Origin: Paecilomyces variotii
Taxonomy: Eukaryota
Reading direction: 5' to 3' (one strand)
DNA: 64,000 bases
NCBI GenBank assembly: GCA_004022145.1
Contig: RCNU01000008.1
The notes below the pieces were generated by a model. The model worked only from the letters and a program-made list of their open reading frames with translations, was not told the origin of the DNA and ran no database searches. This document shows, piece by piece, positions 1-11,730 of the stretch; within the stretch, counting starts at the first letter, position 1, and the number at the start of each line of letters is the position of its first letter. Position numbers and translations under genes: made by a program.

Positions 1-363
1 AGCTGGCTGGGAGTTGCTCCCAGGCGCCTCAGTTGGCACTGCCAGTGGAGTTCCCTGCGTACTGAATGGGACCGTGAAGGCTGCATTTGCCGGACTGTTA
101 CTTGACTCGACCGGTGAAGCTGCCGGTGCAACCGCTATGGGAGTATGCTTGGCCTCCCATGTTTGAGCTGCTGGTGCAAGTGACGTTGAAGTCTGCTGCT
201 GATCCTGTCCAGCACTCAGCGCTGGTATAATTGCCGGTCCATTGTTTTCAGACGACAATGGACTCGATTGAGCTGGAGTCTGGATCACAGATGAGGAACC
301 CGCTGGGCTCGCAATGGATGAGCCATTGAAAAGAAGAACGGGGAGCAGCGTTGAAGTACGCAT
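1..363 (-). CDS. 5' part of a secreted Ser/Thr/Pro/Ala-rich (cell-wall-like) protein, truncated by the window edge
   Basis: ATG at 363 opens a frame running to base 1: MRTSTLLPVLLFNGSSIASPAGSSSVIQTPAQSS...TEAPGSNSQPA. N-terminus resembles a signal peptide. TATAAA on the minus strand about 95 nt upstream. Confidence 0.7.
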   Translation of the reverse strand, partial: MRTSTLLPVLLFNGSSIASPAGSSSVIQTPAQSSPLSSENNGPAIIPALSAGQDQQQTSTSLAPAAQTWEAKHTPIAVAPAASPVESSNSPANAAFTVPFSTQGTPLAVPTEAPGSNSQPA

Positions 364-1728
364 CTTGACGGCTGCCAAAATTCTCTGCCAAAGAAACAAG
401 GGCCAGCAGGCAGACGACACGCTGGGGCGGGCGTAATCTGGAGAGTTCAATTACGCGCTTTATATCCCATATCTACTTTCCCCAGATCGCCACATTCACC
501 TTCTCTTCACGAAATAGATCGATTCCTGGGGAAGACCCGCTCACGAGGGCTCGTATTTCATTTTCCTACAAAATCACTGGCAATTGGATGGTTCCAGCCC
601 TTGACGGAGCTTTTGCCCGGATATGAACAACTCGGTGAGCGCCGCATCGGACGATGGCGAAGCTATCTGGCCCGGCTCTGGAATTCGGTTTACTTGGACC
701 CCTGCTTAGTATAGCATCGAAACCTTAGAAGGAAGTTGGAGATTAATTTGAGCTTATTCCTACGCCGCTAAAACACCCACTCAGACCTCTCGAGCTCAAT
801 TTCACGAATTAGAATCCGTAGGACAATATTACGACCTGCAATTTCTTCCATGGTCTAAGTGGGTTACCCAGGGCCCGGGGCATGATTGATCAGCACTGAA
901 AAGGCTTTCTCTCGTACCGTAGCAATTCCTTAGAGGTGCTGGTCGTCAGTCTATAATTCAGGTACCATGCTTAATTCCGTCATTGTCTTGCAGATCTCCA
1001 CGAGAAGAGCGGTTCTCATAGGTCCCAAGTTCAGTGATATTCAGTTGCAAGACCCAGTTTAGTCTCGGTGCCTGAGCCGGTTCGTTGCTTAGCGCATGAA
1101 ACGGTTTGCGGGGAATCGGTTCCCCATTAAACTCACGAGGGATGCTAGACTAACCTGACAAGTGTTCTCTCTCCTGTTGAGACGAGCACGGCTGATGAAG
1201 TTGCAGGCTTCCGAAAAGCTAGGTAGTTCTTTGTTGGGAAGTTAGGATACCTGTATTTCATAATGATGCAGCTATCCGAGCGCAAGCACGCGACTTAAGT
1301 CTAGTCTTTTCCAAGTCACGATAAATAGTTAACATTGCGCCGTGAAAACGAAGAGATTTCGTCTTTGCCCTAGCTTTAGAGTAACTAGTTAACTTATATA
1401 GACTTGGTTAGTAATTTTCAGCTGCGATTAGTTATCTCTCGCCTTTTCGGCGCCAGCGTTCGTCTTGACTCATGGAAAGAGCAGAAATAGCATTCAAATC
1501 TGGATGGCGCGGGTCTCAAGGTATTTATAAGTATTTGCTTATCCGACACATTTTCTTCGTCAGAATGCTGTGGTCTAGTTATACCATTGTGTGTCAGATC
1601 GCGGATCCTCTGATTCACCCATTATTGAAGTTGTAACTATTGGTTGAGTTGGCTTCTCTGGCACATCTGAACCGATATAAGACACCGGCGTCAAACACTT
1701 TCTCTCAACATCGCTGATGATTAAGCTG

Positions 1729-1749
1729 CTTTTTTTTCTTTTTTTCTCT

Positions 1750-1789
<40 letters not shown>

Positions 1790-1793
1790 CTTT
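1729..1793. repeat. Poly(T) tract (about 38 uninterrupted T at 1752-1789)
   Basis: Seen directly in the sequence. Confidence 0.95.
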
Positions 1794-4038
1794 GAAAAGA
1801 GTTTCGATGGCGGTATTTTGTCCAAAACTGAAACAAACGCCCCTTAGCTGTGTTTATACAAGAAAATATGTGATGGTGTTAATATATGTCTGCTTGGAAG
1901 ACACCGGTGAAGTATAGGGCACCAGGCATATCTTTTAGCATTATTACGCTAGCCACTGCTCAGAATCAGATGCAATGTCCACCTATATCAATGCCTGATC
2001 TATCCCTTCAGTAGGGGCCTTTGTAAGGCGGCTAAAAGACAACCCTTTAGTTTAACGGATCGATGGGAGCAGAAGGGCAGTTCATCGAGCTAACGACCAA
2101 CTCAAACAAGGCTGTGATTAATTTGCCTTTTAATTATGTATTAGGCAAGACAGACAGATATCCTCTGCTAATATTAGAGCCATGCCTTCCGTTATTTAAA
2201 CACCGTGGCTTCCGTTGAGCTGGTGAAGGATGCGAGGAGGTTCATAATCACTAAGTCTAAGGTTACTAGACATCCACGTATTCAGTGAATGATGGAATTT
2301 CCATGTGGGCTTTTCAGTGCCAAAATCTTTTGTCGTGATCAAATTAAAACAGGGGAGGTGACTCTGGAGAACATAGACAGTTCATAACAGTCATAAAATA
2401 TCATATATCCCTATGAGATTTGCAGGACGTACAGTTCATCTGGAAGTGGTTGTCCCTCAACGTCCTCAAGAAGTGATGAGTATGGCTCTGATAATAGCAC
2501 TACTGTGGCAGCTATTATATGGTATTCTCATCTTTCGTTATTGTAGTAATGTGTCGTGGGCAAAAGTGCCAATAAGAATCAAATCGGAATAGTCTATAGG
2601 AGAGAAGTATTTTGCATTTATATATATATATATCAGTAATACGCAGTTCTCTAGTCCGTAGGTCCTTCACAGTTGTCATTATTATAACTTCTTGAAAATA
2701 AAATCATAACACTAACACACCAGTATAATAAAAAAATGGATACAAGACAGCACACATCCTCAGCGTCTTCTTCTAAAGAGGTAAAGGATACTACAATGCT
2801 ACAAACCCCCAGCTTATGCGCATAGCGGGAAGCGTTTTGCTACCTTTGGTATATTGGGCAATATTTCCTCACACCAACCCCTCCAGGGCTCAAACAGAGA
2901 CGAGGGGGTGCAATCACTACAGTAGCTGTGAGCTCCTGATAACCAGTGCGCCGCCTAGGTTCCTCTGTGGGAGATGAAAGGTTGCTTTGGTCAATGTAGG
3001 GCTAAAGCCTTCCGTTTTGGGAGGTCAGGACTCGTTGCTGCTTCTCTAAAGAAGATATGGCCACCATTGCTATGTCTACAAATGCGAATTCTTGAAGATT
3101 CGATGTTCAGTGATGAAATCCTTTGCTATGGTATGTACATACTACTAAACTCTTCGAGATTACTTGAGTAAAAGGGACTATATCTACATACAAAAACCCA
3201 TACGTATCTGTGTATATTGATCATAATTCCTTCGAACAGAAGAATGATAAGCAAGTTTTATTCTATTATTCTAAATGATATACGTAAGTCTCGTGTCAAG
3301 GGCAGTAGATATTGCTCGTCATCAGTACTCTACTGTCATCAGTACTCGCCAATATAAGCAAGTTTCAGCGAACAATGCCATTGTTACAGATAGCCACTGC
3401 AAGTTTATATCAGTGGGTGACACAAAATCACGCTTGATGCATGCACGGGACAGGAAGAGAGGAACCCCTTCTTTCCATGTCTCGAGATCGATCACAAGCA
3501 TATACGTCAGCGCGTGGCGAGTAAGATTGAAGAACTAGACAGTAGATCAAGTATCAGATTCTGATACAACTTGGATCTTACTGGCGATGGAGTTGTTTTT
3601 CCCTGACTTTCAGGGGGTTCATAATGTGTCTTCCAATGTATCTTCTTGATGGTGGGACTGTCAAGATACGAATTCTTTTTCCGACATCATGCGGCGTAGC
3701 TACTAGATAACTAGATCGACAGATACTGTACTACAGAAGTACCTTATGCATGAGCGAAGAAACTCTATGTCCTCAGGGGGGCTAGTTTAAAAGAGCCAGA
3801 TAAAAGTACTAACTAGCTAATTAACTCGACGGATGTCTGCGACGCGCGTATAATATAGGATGAGCCTTGTGATATATTGTTGGTGGACCATACTTGGGGC
3901 AAGGGGAAATCGAGTGAGACTATCTGGAAGCGAGGACGATTATCTCGTTGTTATTGGTGGGGGTAGAAGAGGATAGAACGAATAAAGAAATAAAGAAGCG
4001 ATCTGGATCTTGACTGGACGGATATCTGGAACACGAGC

Positions 4039-4284
4039 CTATTCTTTTGACATCTCACCTTGAGATGGCGAGAAGTCTCTTCCGGTCAAGGATTGGTCAT
4101 TGTTGCTGTCAACGGTCTCGGGAGCAACCGCTGGTTCCTCCGCAGGAAAGGCGAACCATAAGCCAGAAGTCGCTATCAACACAGACAGTTGGGGTATTAG
4201 AGGAGCGGAGAATGGGTCAAATCCGTGGTTCTCAACAGGGTCCGACAACGGCGGCGTAATGATAATACTCGGTTGGGGCAACAT
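4039..4284 (-). CDS. Possible 81-aa orphan microprotein with an N-terminal PxIxIT-like motif
   Basis: ATG-initiated ORF MLPQPSIIITPPLSDP..., acidic and Pro-rich. No family recognised. Confidence 0.2.
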   Translation of the reverse strand: MLPQPSIIITPPLSDPVENHGFDPFSAPLIPQLSVLIATSGLWFAFPAEEPAVAPETVDSNNDQSLTGRDFSPSQGEMSKE

Positions 4285-4559
4285 GGATGGGATGGCAGTT
4301 GATCACAGGGAACGTGCTTCTCTCATACGCATCGCGCAGTACTTTTTATTTTCCTCTTTTACCAGTAGCGACATATGATCTCGTCATATCCACCTGTCAA
4401 GTGAATACCTATAGTTCACACCAGTGGGAAAGCCGGGAAGCGTTTCATCTGAAACAGACACACGCAGGGCAATGTGCATAACGCTCCTAACTCCCGATTC
4501 CATCCATGATCTAACTATCTGATCTGGTTAGTTAGTTAACCGAGAATTTACTGTATGAC

Positions 4560-4980
4560 TCAGAGATAACCCGCTCGTTTAATCCCGCTACAGACGCCAG
4601 TGTTTCTCTTCCTGCGCCTGCGAGAGCGTTGGATGGCGTTCAAGATCCGCAAGCGACTTATCGCAGCCGCGCTCTGACTCACTCGTCGCGTCTCTCCAGC
4701 GGGTGGTGGGAGATGCGGCACGACTTGCTCGAAAGACCGGGGGCCTAGACAGAGGACAATACCGGTTTTGAACATTGCTGCATATCCGATCGACAGATTC
4801 GTCCTCGTACAGTCCCGTATGATTCTTACGCTCTTCGAGATCGGCGGACAGTGCAGCTGAATCGACATCATTCTGCATAGAGATAGATCCCGTTGTGCGG
4901 CACCGCCACCATGCTCAGATGCTAACAAGAAAGGATTTTTTTGTTAGCATTATTCTTAGAAACTTACCAGGCATTAACAT
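4560..4980 (-). CDS. Candidate spliced orphan gene, 124 aa (exons 4980-4968, 4921-4560)
   Basis: A 46-nt intron GTAAGT...GCTAAC...TTAG (4967-4922) joins ATG TTA ATG CCT G in frame to the long ORF ending at 4560. Basic patch RSRRRRKR. No family recognised. Confidence 0.3.
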
Positions 4981-7900
4981 AATATGCTAATATATGAACT
5001 TGAGTAACTTATCACGATCTGGTTGTGTGGCAACGTGGCGCACGTTCGTGGCGCAGTACTTGCATAATCGACGTTCTCAGCTCGTTTGGGCATAAGAATA
5101 TCAAGTTGAGTGTGGTATGGTACTAGTTAATATACCTAATACAGTTCAAGTTATGGTACTCTACTCCGTATACACGTCTCAATACAGTCCAATCTTACCT
5201 TACCTAACTATCTTATCAGAACTCTGCATACATGACAGTCTGTATACTCAATTCATAATTCCATCCAGGGGCTACAACAGAAACAGGGGGTATCACAGGA
5301 TCTCCCTATGATTCTGACAGCGACCCCGGAAGTTCAAGCATGGTCTTCTCTTCGGAAGCCGACGATGCAACGTTCCATGAACCTATCCAAGAGTCTTCCT
5401 GTCGATCATACACGGTGATTCCGACCGTAGCCGGCAGCGACGAACAATGATCATTATTTTTTTTCCTTCCAGCCGCGACAAAAATGATGATATTGCGCCC
5501 CGTGGGAGCAATATCCATCATGGATAGGATAGGACTGATCTCCGTACCGGCGCTTGCTGCGACGGTCCCGTCTTCATCTGGATCCATCATCCATGTGACC
5601 TGTTTCCTGCTACCCGAAGATGCCCACATAGACCTGACTGGCATTCCAGTGGTGCCCAAGATCAGCTTGACAATGACGATGGGAGGAAATGATGTTGTCT
5701 AAAATGGGTTACGTTGGTGCGAGAAAGAGATAGTAGTAAGATCGATCAAGGTCGATCACTTGTAAGTATGGAGTGCTGAAAGAGCCCGACAAGACGGTAC
5801 ATACTGCACTCCGCACAGCTGACGACGAGTTTCGGGTCTGTGTAATAATAATAATAATGAAAGGCTGCCAAGATCGGAACGTCCGTCCATAACGACTTCA
5901 TGTGGAAGTAGTATCTCTGCGCTCTCCAACGACCGTATTATTACAAGCGCCGGAAGTGGTGGCGCTTTGTTCCAGAAACTCTGGAGATGACCGTCGCCGA
6001 GGGGCAGCCCAATCGGTGATCATAGCAGGGATATCTGCTGAAGTACAAATGCCGGACTGTTTTCTCCTCCACGAATCCGATTTCAGAAGTGCTCCAAGAC
6101 CACAAGGTGCCCCACGATGCTCGACCCTCATCAGCTGAGGCCCTCGACAGGGACTCGATAGGTCGCGCACGATGCTAACCGTGGGATCATTGTCAAGGCG
6201 AACAGAGTTCGACAAAGCAAATAATGGTTCTGGCTTGCTCCAGCAATATAGTTGTTAATATTGTTGACCATTGCTGCGCAACTGGTCCGTCTCCACTGGA
6301 CATATTAGTGTACCATAGAATTGTCGCTGAAGGCGTTTCGAACCGAGCGTAGGCTATGCTGTCCCTCAGCATTATGTGGTGGTAACCACGCAGCGTTCAA
6401 CAGATTTCCATGGTTGAAATCGAAGATCATGGATGGCATCAAATGGACGGCAAGCCGGTCAGGATACAGTAAGACGGCTGCGAGAGACAGTGCTTCGTGA
6501 AATATGGTCAAAGCTCTCATCGTTCAGAATTTGAAGGTTGCCATGGCCAGTGCGATCCATTGTGGCCTTAGCTCCGCGTCCGTGGGCGTGCTGGACCTAG
6601 AGTAGCAATAACCACTAGGTAGTTATACCAATTGTTGAGCACTGCGAGCGGTAAGAGATTAGCAAGGTTCGGGGAAGACCGTAGTGCTGCTTCCGCCATG
6701 TCTGTCCGGTACGGATGGGCGGCAAAGCGGAACACAACCCATGGATCACATCTCATCGATCCTATCTGGACCCTTTTTTTCTGGTCAGGACTCAGAAATG
6801 ATGTCTTACCACTGCGAACTTTTCCCGGACAGGCAATCGCGCAAAGCGCCCTTCTTTAACCTTCAACTGGAGGGACCTTATCCATGGCAAAGTCTAGGTC
6901 TTTCAGTCTGGACAAGAGTAGTAGTGTACTATCTAGTATCTACTGCGACTACCACTACTACTACTATCCGCAGACGATCTTATTCTCGTTCTTTTTCCGA
7001 ATCGAGCCACCATCGGCAACACAGTAATCCGATCAACCTCCACAGCGGCGCGTCGAACCGGATGCATAGACAGTATCTCTGTGTATTTCTCGCTTATCCG
7101 CTTTCTTATGTCAGAATCTTGAAGACGGTCTATATTCTCTTTTGCACGATAGCGTTACCATCGCATCTATACGCTCGAAACGCATCCGTGTGGCGCTAGT
7201 GATAGAAACTATGCATGAAGACGATGCGAGGGCTGTCCACAACCACAAGTGGTTCTTTGAAGTATGGTAGGTAGGCATCTTGATCCACAACCGGTTTGTG
7301 TTAAAGATGCAGAGCAAGGGCGCATGGTATAGAGAGTAGTAGAAGGTATTCGGTTTAAGCACGGTACAGAAACAACCTTGGATGTGTATGGATGCCCCGT
7401 AGCGGGTGGATCTTGGGGCTTAGCTCACTAGGCCCTGTTTCTGCAGCGCTGGGGATCTGGGTCTCTGTAAGTTACTCTTAAGTTCTTGGAGTAATAACTA
7501 ATTATTCTTTCTTCTTGGTTGCAACGCCAGGCCGTAGTCACTACCATAACTGAGAGCGAACAAGGGCTCGATGAGACCCTGGGCGTGTATCATTTAGGTA
7601 CGGTTCTGGCGCACTGCGTATAATTAAGCATCAAACAATACGGCGCGAAATAAAGATTCTAATAGCATTACCTATTCAGGAGCATACTTATGTATCATTA
7701 TTACTCCAGTACCGCCGCCCGGTAGCGGGCCTCAGCCAACATGTCCTACCCAACGAGTTTTACAGGCCAAGCAGACTGTGGGATGACCCATCGCCCTGTT
7801 TCAACCTCAGCGTTTCTACGAGTCGGCATGCGTTCATACGCGCCCATCGTTATAGAGTTTCTGGGAGATGCATTTCGCGCTCCGGACAGGGTCTAGAGTG

Positions 7901-8800
7901 TAGATAGGATTCTTCAGGAGACAGCTGGGCTTGTCATCCGGGGCGCCAACGGGGCAAAAAAGCGTTGTCCATTATTTCTTTTCTGACTGAGCAGAGGCGG
8001 ATGGCGAGATTATTTTTTTTTTTTCCTACAGTAGTAGTAACGATGATCCGTACTGGTACCGTATGATCGGTACACCGTAAGTATGCCGGCGTACAGTCAT
8101 CGGCGTCGCCATCCACCACCCTCTTGCATGCGACCATCTGCAGCCAATCCGTAGCCGACCGGGAAGAGAGAAACAAGGGCACAATGGAAGTGCAGGCGGA
8201 AGAAGAAGAAAAAAAAAAAGAAAGAAAAAAAAAAACAGATCGAGTACTCTAAAGGCCCGCTTCTCCATATGGGCAGTGCGCTCGCCCCCGATGGGCTCAG
8301 TGTACGGGATCCCCGAAGGTGCCGTTGATATAACTAACCAGCCTTTCCCCGCCAACCTCCCTGTTGCCTCTTCTGGTCACTCTCGCCCACCATCCTACCC
8401 TCCTCTTTTCGCTTTCTCTCCTTTATTTTTTCTTTCTATTTTCCGCGCGTTCGCCCACACCACAGCCTAGCTTCGCCCGTCTCCTCGTCCCAATATAATA
8501 GTCTCTCCATTCCCTTTTTCGCCTAGTAAGACGGAACACCCGACTGGCTCTACCGTTCTATACCACTTCCGTCTACAACCGGCGCTGGACCATATCTTTC
8601 AAGTATATACAAGGAGCAAATACCCTGGACTAAAAAGAAAGGACTTCTGGACGTCAATCAACTCGTGTGGGCGAATGTCGCCTTTATGAATTATTTTTTC
8701 TTCACGACCTTTTCCACTATATACTCATTACGAACGATCAGATACCATACCATACCCTTGAGTCGTGCGCACTGAACAACGTTCTTTGCGCGCGGTCAGA

Positions 8801-9835
8801 ATGCCAACAGTCTTGCTACCTGCATCGGCTGCTGCTTTTGCGCCGCGGTCGTCCCCAAATGTGGTGTTGAACAAGGTGGAACCGTGGCTCACGGCGACGC
8901 TGAAGAGAGTGAATCGAGTTAAGCGACCTCTCAACAACGTCAACCAGCATACCAGATGTTTGACGGAGACCCTATCGTCACCTAACGCGATCTGGACCCT
9001 ATGTTCCATCATGTTTCCCAAGGCCCCCGATGCTGAGCTCCGGAAGGATGACAACCCTCTCGTGGAGGCCCTGTTCAATTACCAGATGGTCCACATAGAA
9101 GCATACGTCGTACATGTTGACATGGTCTCGCAGAACGAAGTGGCCTTCAAGTTGACCCCGGAGACTATCGAAGCCTTGGTCGAGTTCCACAAGGATGTTT
9201 ACTCGGTCGACACCGCGGCCAGCACCTGGAATTGGTCGGAGAAGGACGCTCAACTGAAGAAGCTACAAGAAGAATTCGTCCAGGCTGCCAACAAGTTCGT
9301 CTACCGCACTAACGTACAGGCGCTCGAAGGGCTGGAGGAGGATGGCGCTGGTGAGCTGCTTTGCGGTCGAGGTGAGGAGGCCAAGGCGGCTATTGCGAGC
9401 CTCTTTGTCCCGTTGCTGCCTCCCCCTCCAAGGGTGGTGGATTTCCTTCGTCCCGTTCCTCTCTTGCCCAGCTCGACTCTCCCCGATGCATGGTGGCATA
9501 GCCAAATGGAACAGCCAGCCCCCATTGAGCCCTGGAAAGTGATCCCGTCCAGCCCGAGCCCGGCGTCCAGTGGTGATTCGAACCCTAACATGTGGTCCGG
9601 TCTGTCGATGAGCGACATGCAGTTACCATCGCCTGCCCCTTCCTACAGTCAACCATATACGACTTCTCCTTACTCTACTTCGGAGTATTATTGCGCACCC
9701 ACTACTGCTGCTCTTACCGCTCTTCCCCTGCCGAGCATGCTCGTGCAGCCGTGCAGTACCGCAGCAGGTATGGCTGGCTTCGGTTGGACAGACCGCTATC
9801 AAGACTTCGCTCTACCCTATGGGACAACCATGTGA
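8801..9835 (+). CDS. Uncharacterised fungal protein, 344 aa, single exon, with a Pro/Ser-rich C-terminal half (regulator-like)
   Basis: First in-frame ATG at 8801 (MPTVLLPASAAAFAPRSSPNVVL...EAYVVHVDMV...EVAFKLT). Strong coding codon pattern. Resembles a conserved Pezizomycotina hypothetical family (recognised from memory). Confidence 0.9.
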   Translation: MPTVLLPASAAAFAPRSSPNVVLNKVEPWLTATLKRVNRVKRPLNNVNQHTRCLTETLSSPNAIWTLCSIMFPKAPDAELRKDDNPLVEALFNYQMVHIEAYVVHVDMVSQNEVAFKLTPETIEALVEFHKDVYSVDTAASTWNWSEKDAQLKKLQEEFVQAANKFVYRTNVQALEGLEEDGAGELLCGRGEEAKAAIASLFVPLLPPPPRVVDFLRPVPLLPSSTLPDAWWHSQMEQPAPIEPWKVIPSSPSPASSGDSNPNMWSGLSMSDMQLPSPAPSYSQPYTTSPYSTSEYYCAPTTAALTALPLPSMLVQPCSTAAGMAGFGWTDRYQDFALPYGTTM

Positions 9836-11730
9836 TCTACCTCTCGATCATTCCTGAGAGGGCACTCTCTTCAGATGAGAGCGACCACCTTAACGGCACT
9901 ACCTGGCCCTGTAGAACAGATTGCTCTCCACTACGACACAGGCGACACGCATGCAGGCATCAGCACACACGGCATTATTGACGGCGTTATCATTGATCGA
10001 TTCAGCGAAACCGTGATACTCCATCTCGTCTTTGCTCTCATCCATCTACATAACATAATCCTCAGTCTACTCGGACGTTTGGCTATCTGGCTTATTTCTC
10101 ATTTTTTGTTTGTTCAGCAAGCGTTGCTTTTTGTGTCATCGTTTTTTGTTTTTGTTTTTTTGCATCAAGAACCGGCGGGTCGGCTATCTGATTTGAACTG
10201 AAGTCCCTTGGCGGATATTTTCCTATTAACTCCCACATTTTATGTCATCAAGACTTGGTATGCCTCGCGGCTCGGATATGATATGGGTGCAGAGTGCTGG
10301 GACGTTTATTCTTCTACTTTCTGCTGTCGCTGTTCGCTAGGTTTGACCAGGAGGGAGACCCTCTGAGGCAGCCGGCCGGCTAGAACGACCGGTGGCTGCA
10401 GAGACACTCTCCCTCCTTACCCCCTTTCGAACTGGCTCTCACTTCCGGTACTGCGTGCTGGACTGGCAATCAACTATTGATGGGTGAGATGTCGACATGC
10501 GACAGCAGTGGCTCCGTCGTGCTACATCGGGAATGTAGTCGACGTGGTGCCATCTGTCGCGGCCTTGTTGAGGATGCAGAGTTGAACAGTTTGTTGTACG
10601 TTTCCTCCGGCTCGATCTCTGCCTGTGGCGGAATAGTATCGAGGCAAGGAGTGGAGTGGAGGATATCTAGATCCGCGATCTATCTCTACAATTCCTCCTT
10701 CGAGTGAGGCAGACGAATCGACAACTGAACAGCCTGCCTCTCCTCATCTGCTTGGCGCGCGACTCTTTAGGTTCATCACCTATTCCCTGGGCTGGCTTCT
10801 GTTTACCCCTGGGGAAGCTCGTTCTTCAGCCCATCCATTGCGTGGGCAGGGTTGAAAGAACGAGAATCAGATGCTGGTTTTTCCGTTTCAGTTTGTGCGA
10901 TGGGTTTGAAGCTGGGCTTCTAGTCGTCTACGTACGCGTCCCTTATGCTTTTCTTCTTTTTGTTCAGCTGCTGTATGTAGTCTGATATTTTCTAATTTGG
11001 AAAAATGACAAACCAAATTGAGAGTAACTTAGTTTATAATAAACCGGATAGACTTGAATATTTCGTCAGAATGCTGCTGGTTGCGCCGGTACTTTCGGCT
11101 GGCTGGGGAGTTGGCGCATCCGAGAGCGGGAGGATGGATGACGTCGACACGCCAAGAGGGAAACAAGATGAGAGAAAAGTATTCGGGCAAGTCATGGACG
11201 ATCCAGGCATGGCTGGCACTGGCTTTTCTCTTCTCCTCTGATGTATTCGTAGTTCTTAGCTGCATCATATTCCTTCACATCCTGGGTTACCCTCCGGTTT
11301 AGGGTTCCTGGATCCCCTTCCTGTCGGTTTTTGCCGGTACATATACCTCTACCGTGTGCCAATTGCGACCAAAGTCATTGTTCGTGCATCAGTCAATCCG
11401 AACCTGTATCACCATCCATCTATGAGCGGGTTTTATTTCCAGAAATCAGTTGGAAATATTCTCAGCTAATTCTTAATTTACTGTCGTACTCTTATTTATC
11501 TACTATACCTTTTTCTGTCGTTGTTCGCTGATTGCCTGTGGCTTCGGTTGCGAACCCGTATGACTCCGGCCAGTTATTAAGCCAGCCAAGTCTTCTCTTT
11601 TTGCTTACCATATTTCTCATCAACAACATCTTGCGACAGAGACGCCATTGTCGTGGAGAGAAAAAGAGGGGGGGCGGGCAACATAATTTCCTAATAAGAG
11701 AAGACCGAGAAGGAGGAAGACCGGTCACAA

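Noticed and set aside
1679-1907. Direct repeat AAGACACCGG flanking the poly(T) tract, resembling a retroposed insertion with target-site duplication
   Set aside because: The T-rich tract starts about 40 nt inside the left repeat rather than abutting it, and there is no SINE/LINE or mRNA-like body.
1717-1917. 66-aa poly-Phe ORF
   Set aside because: Translation artefact of the poly(T) tract.
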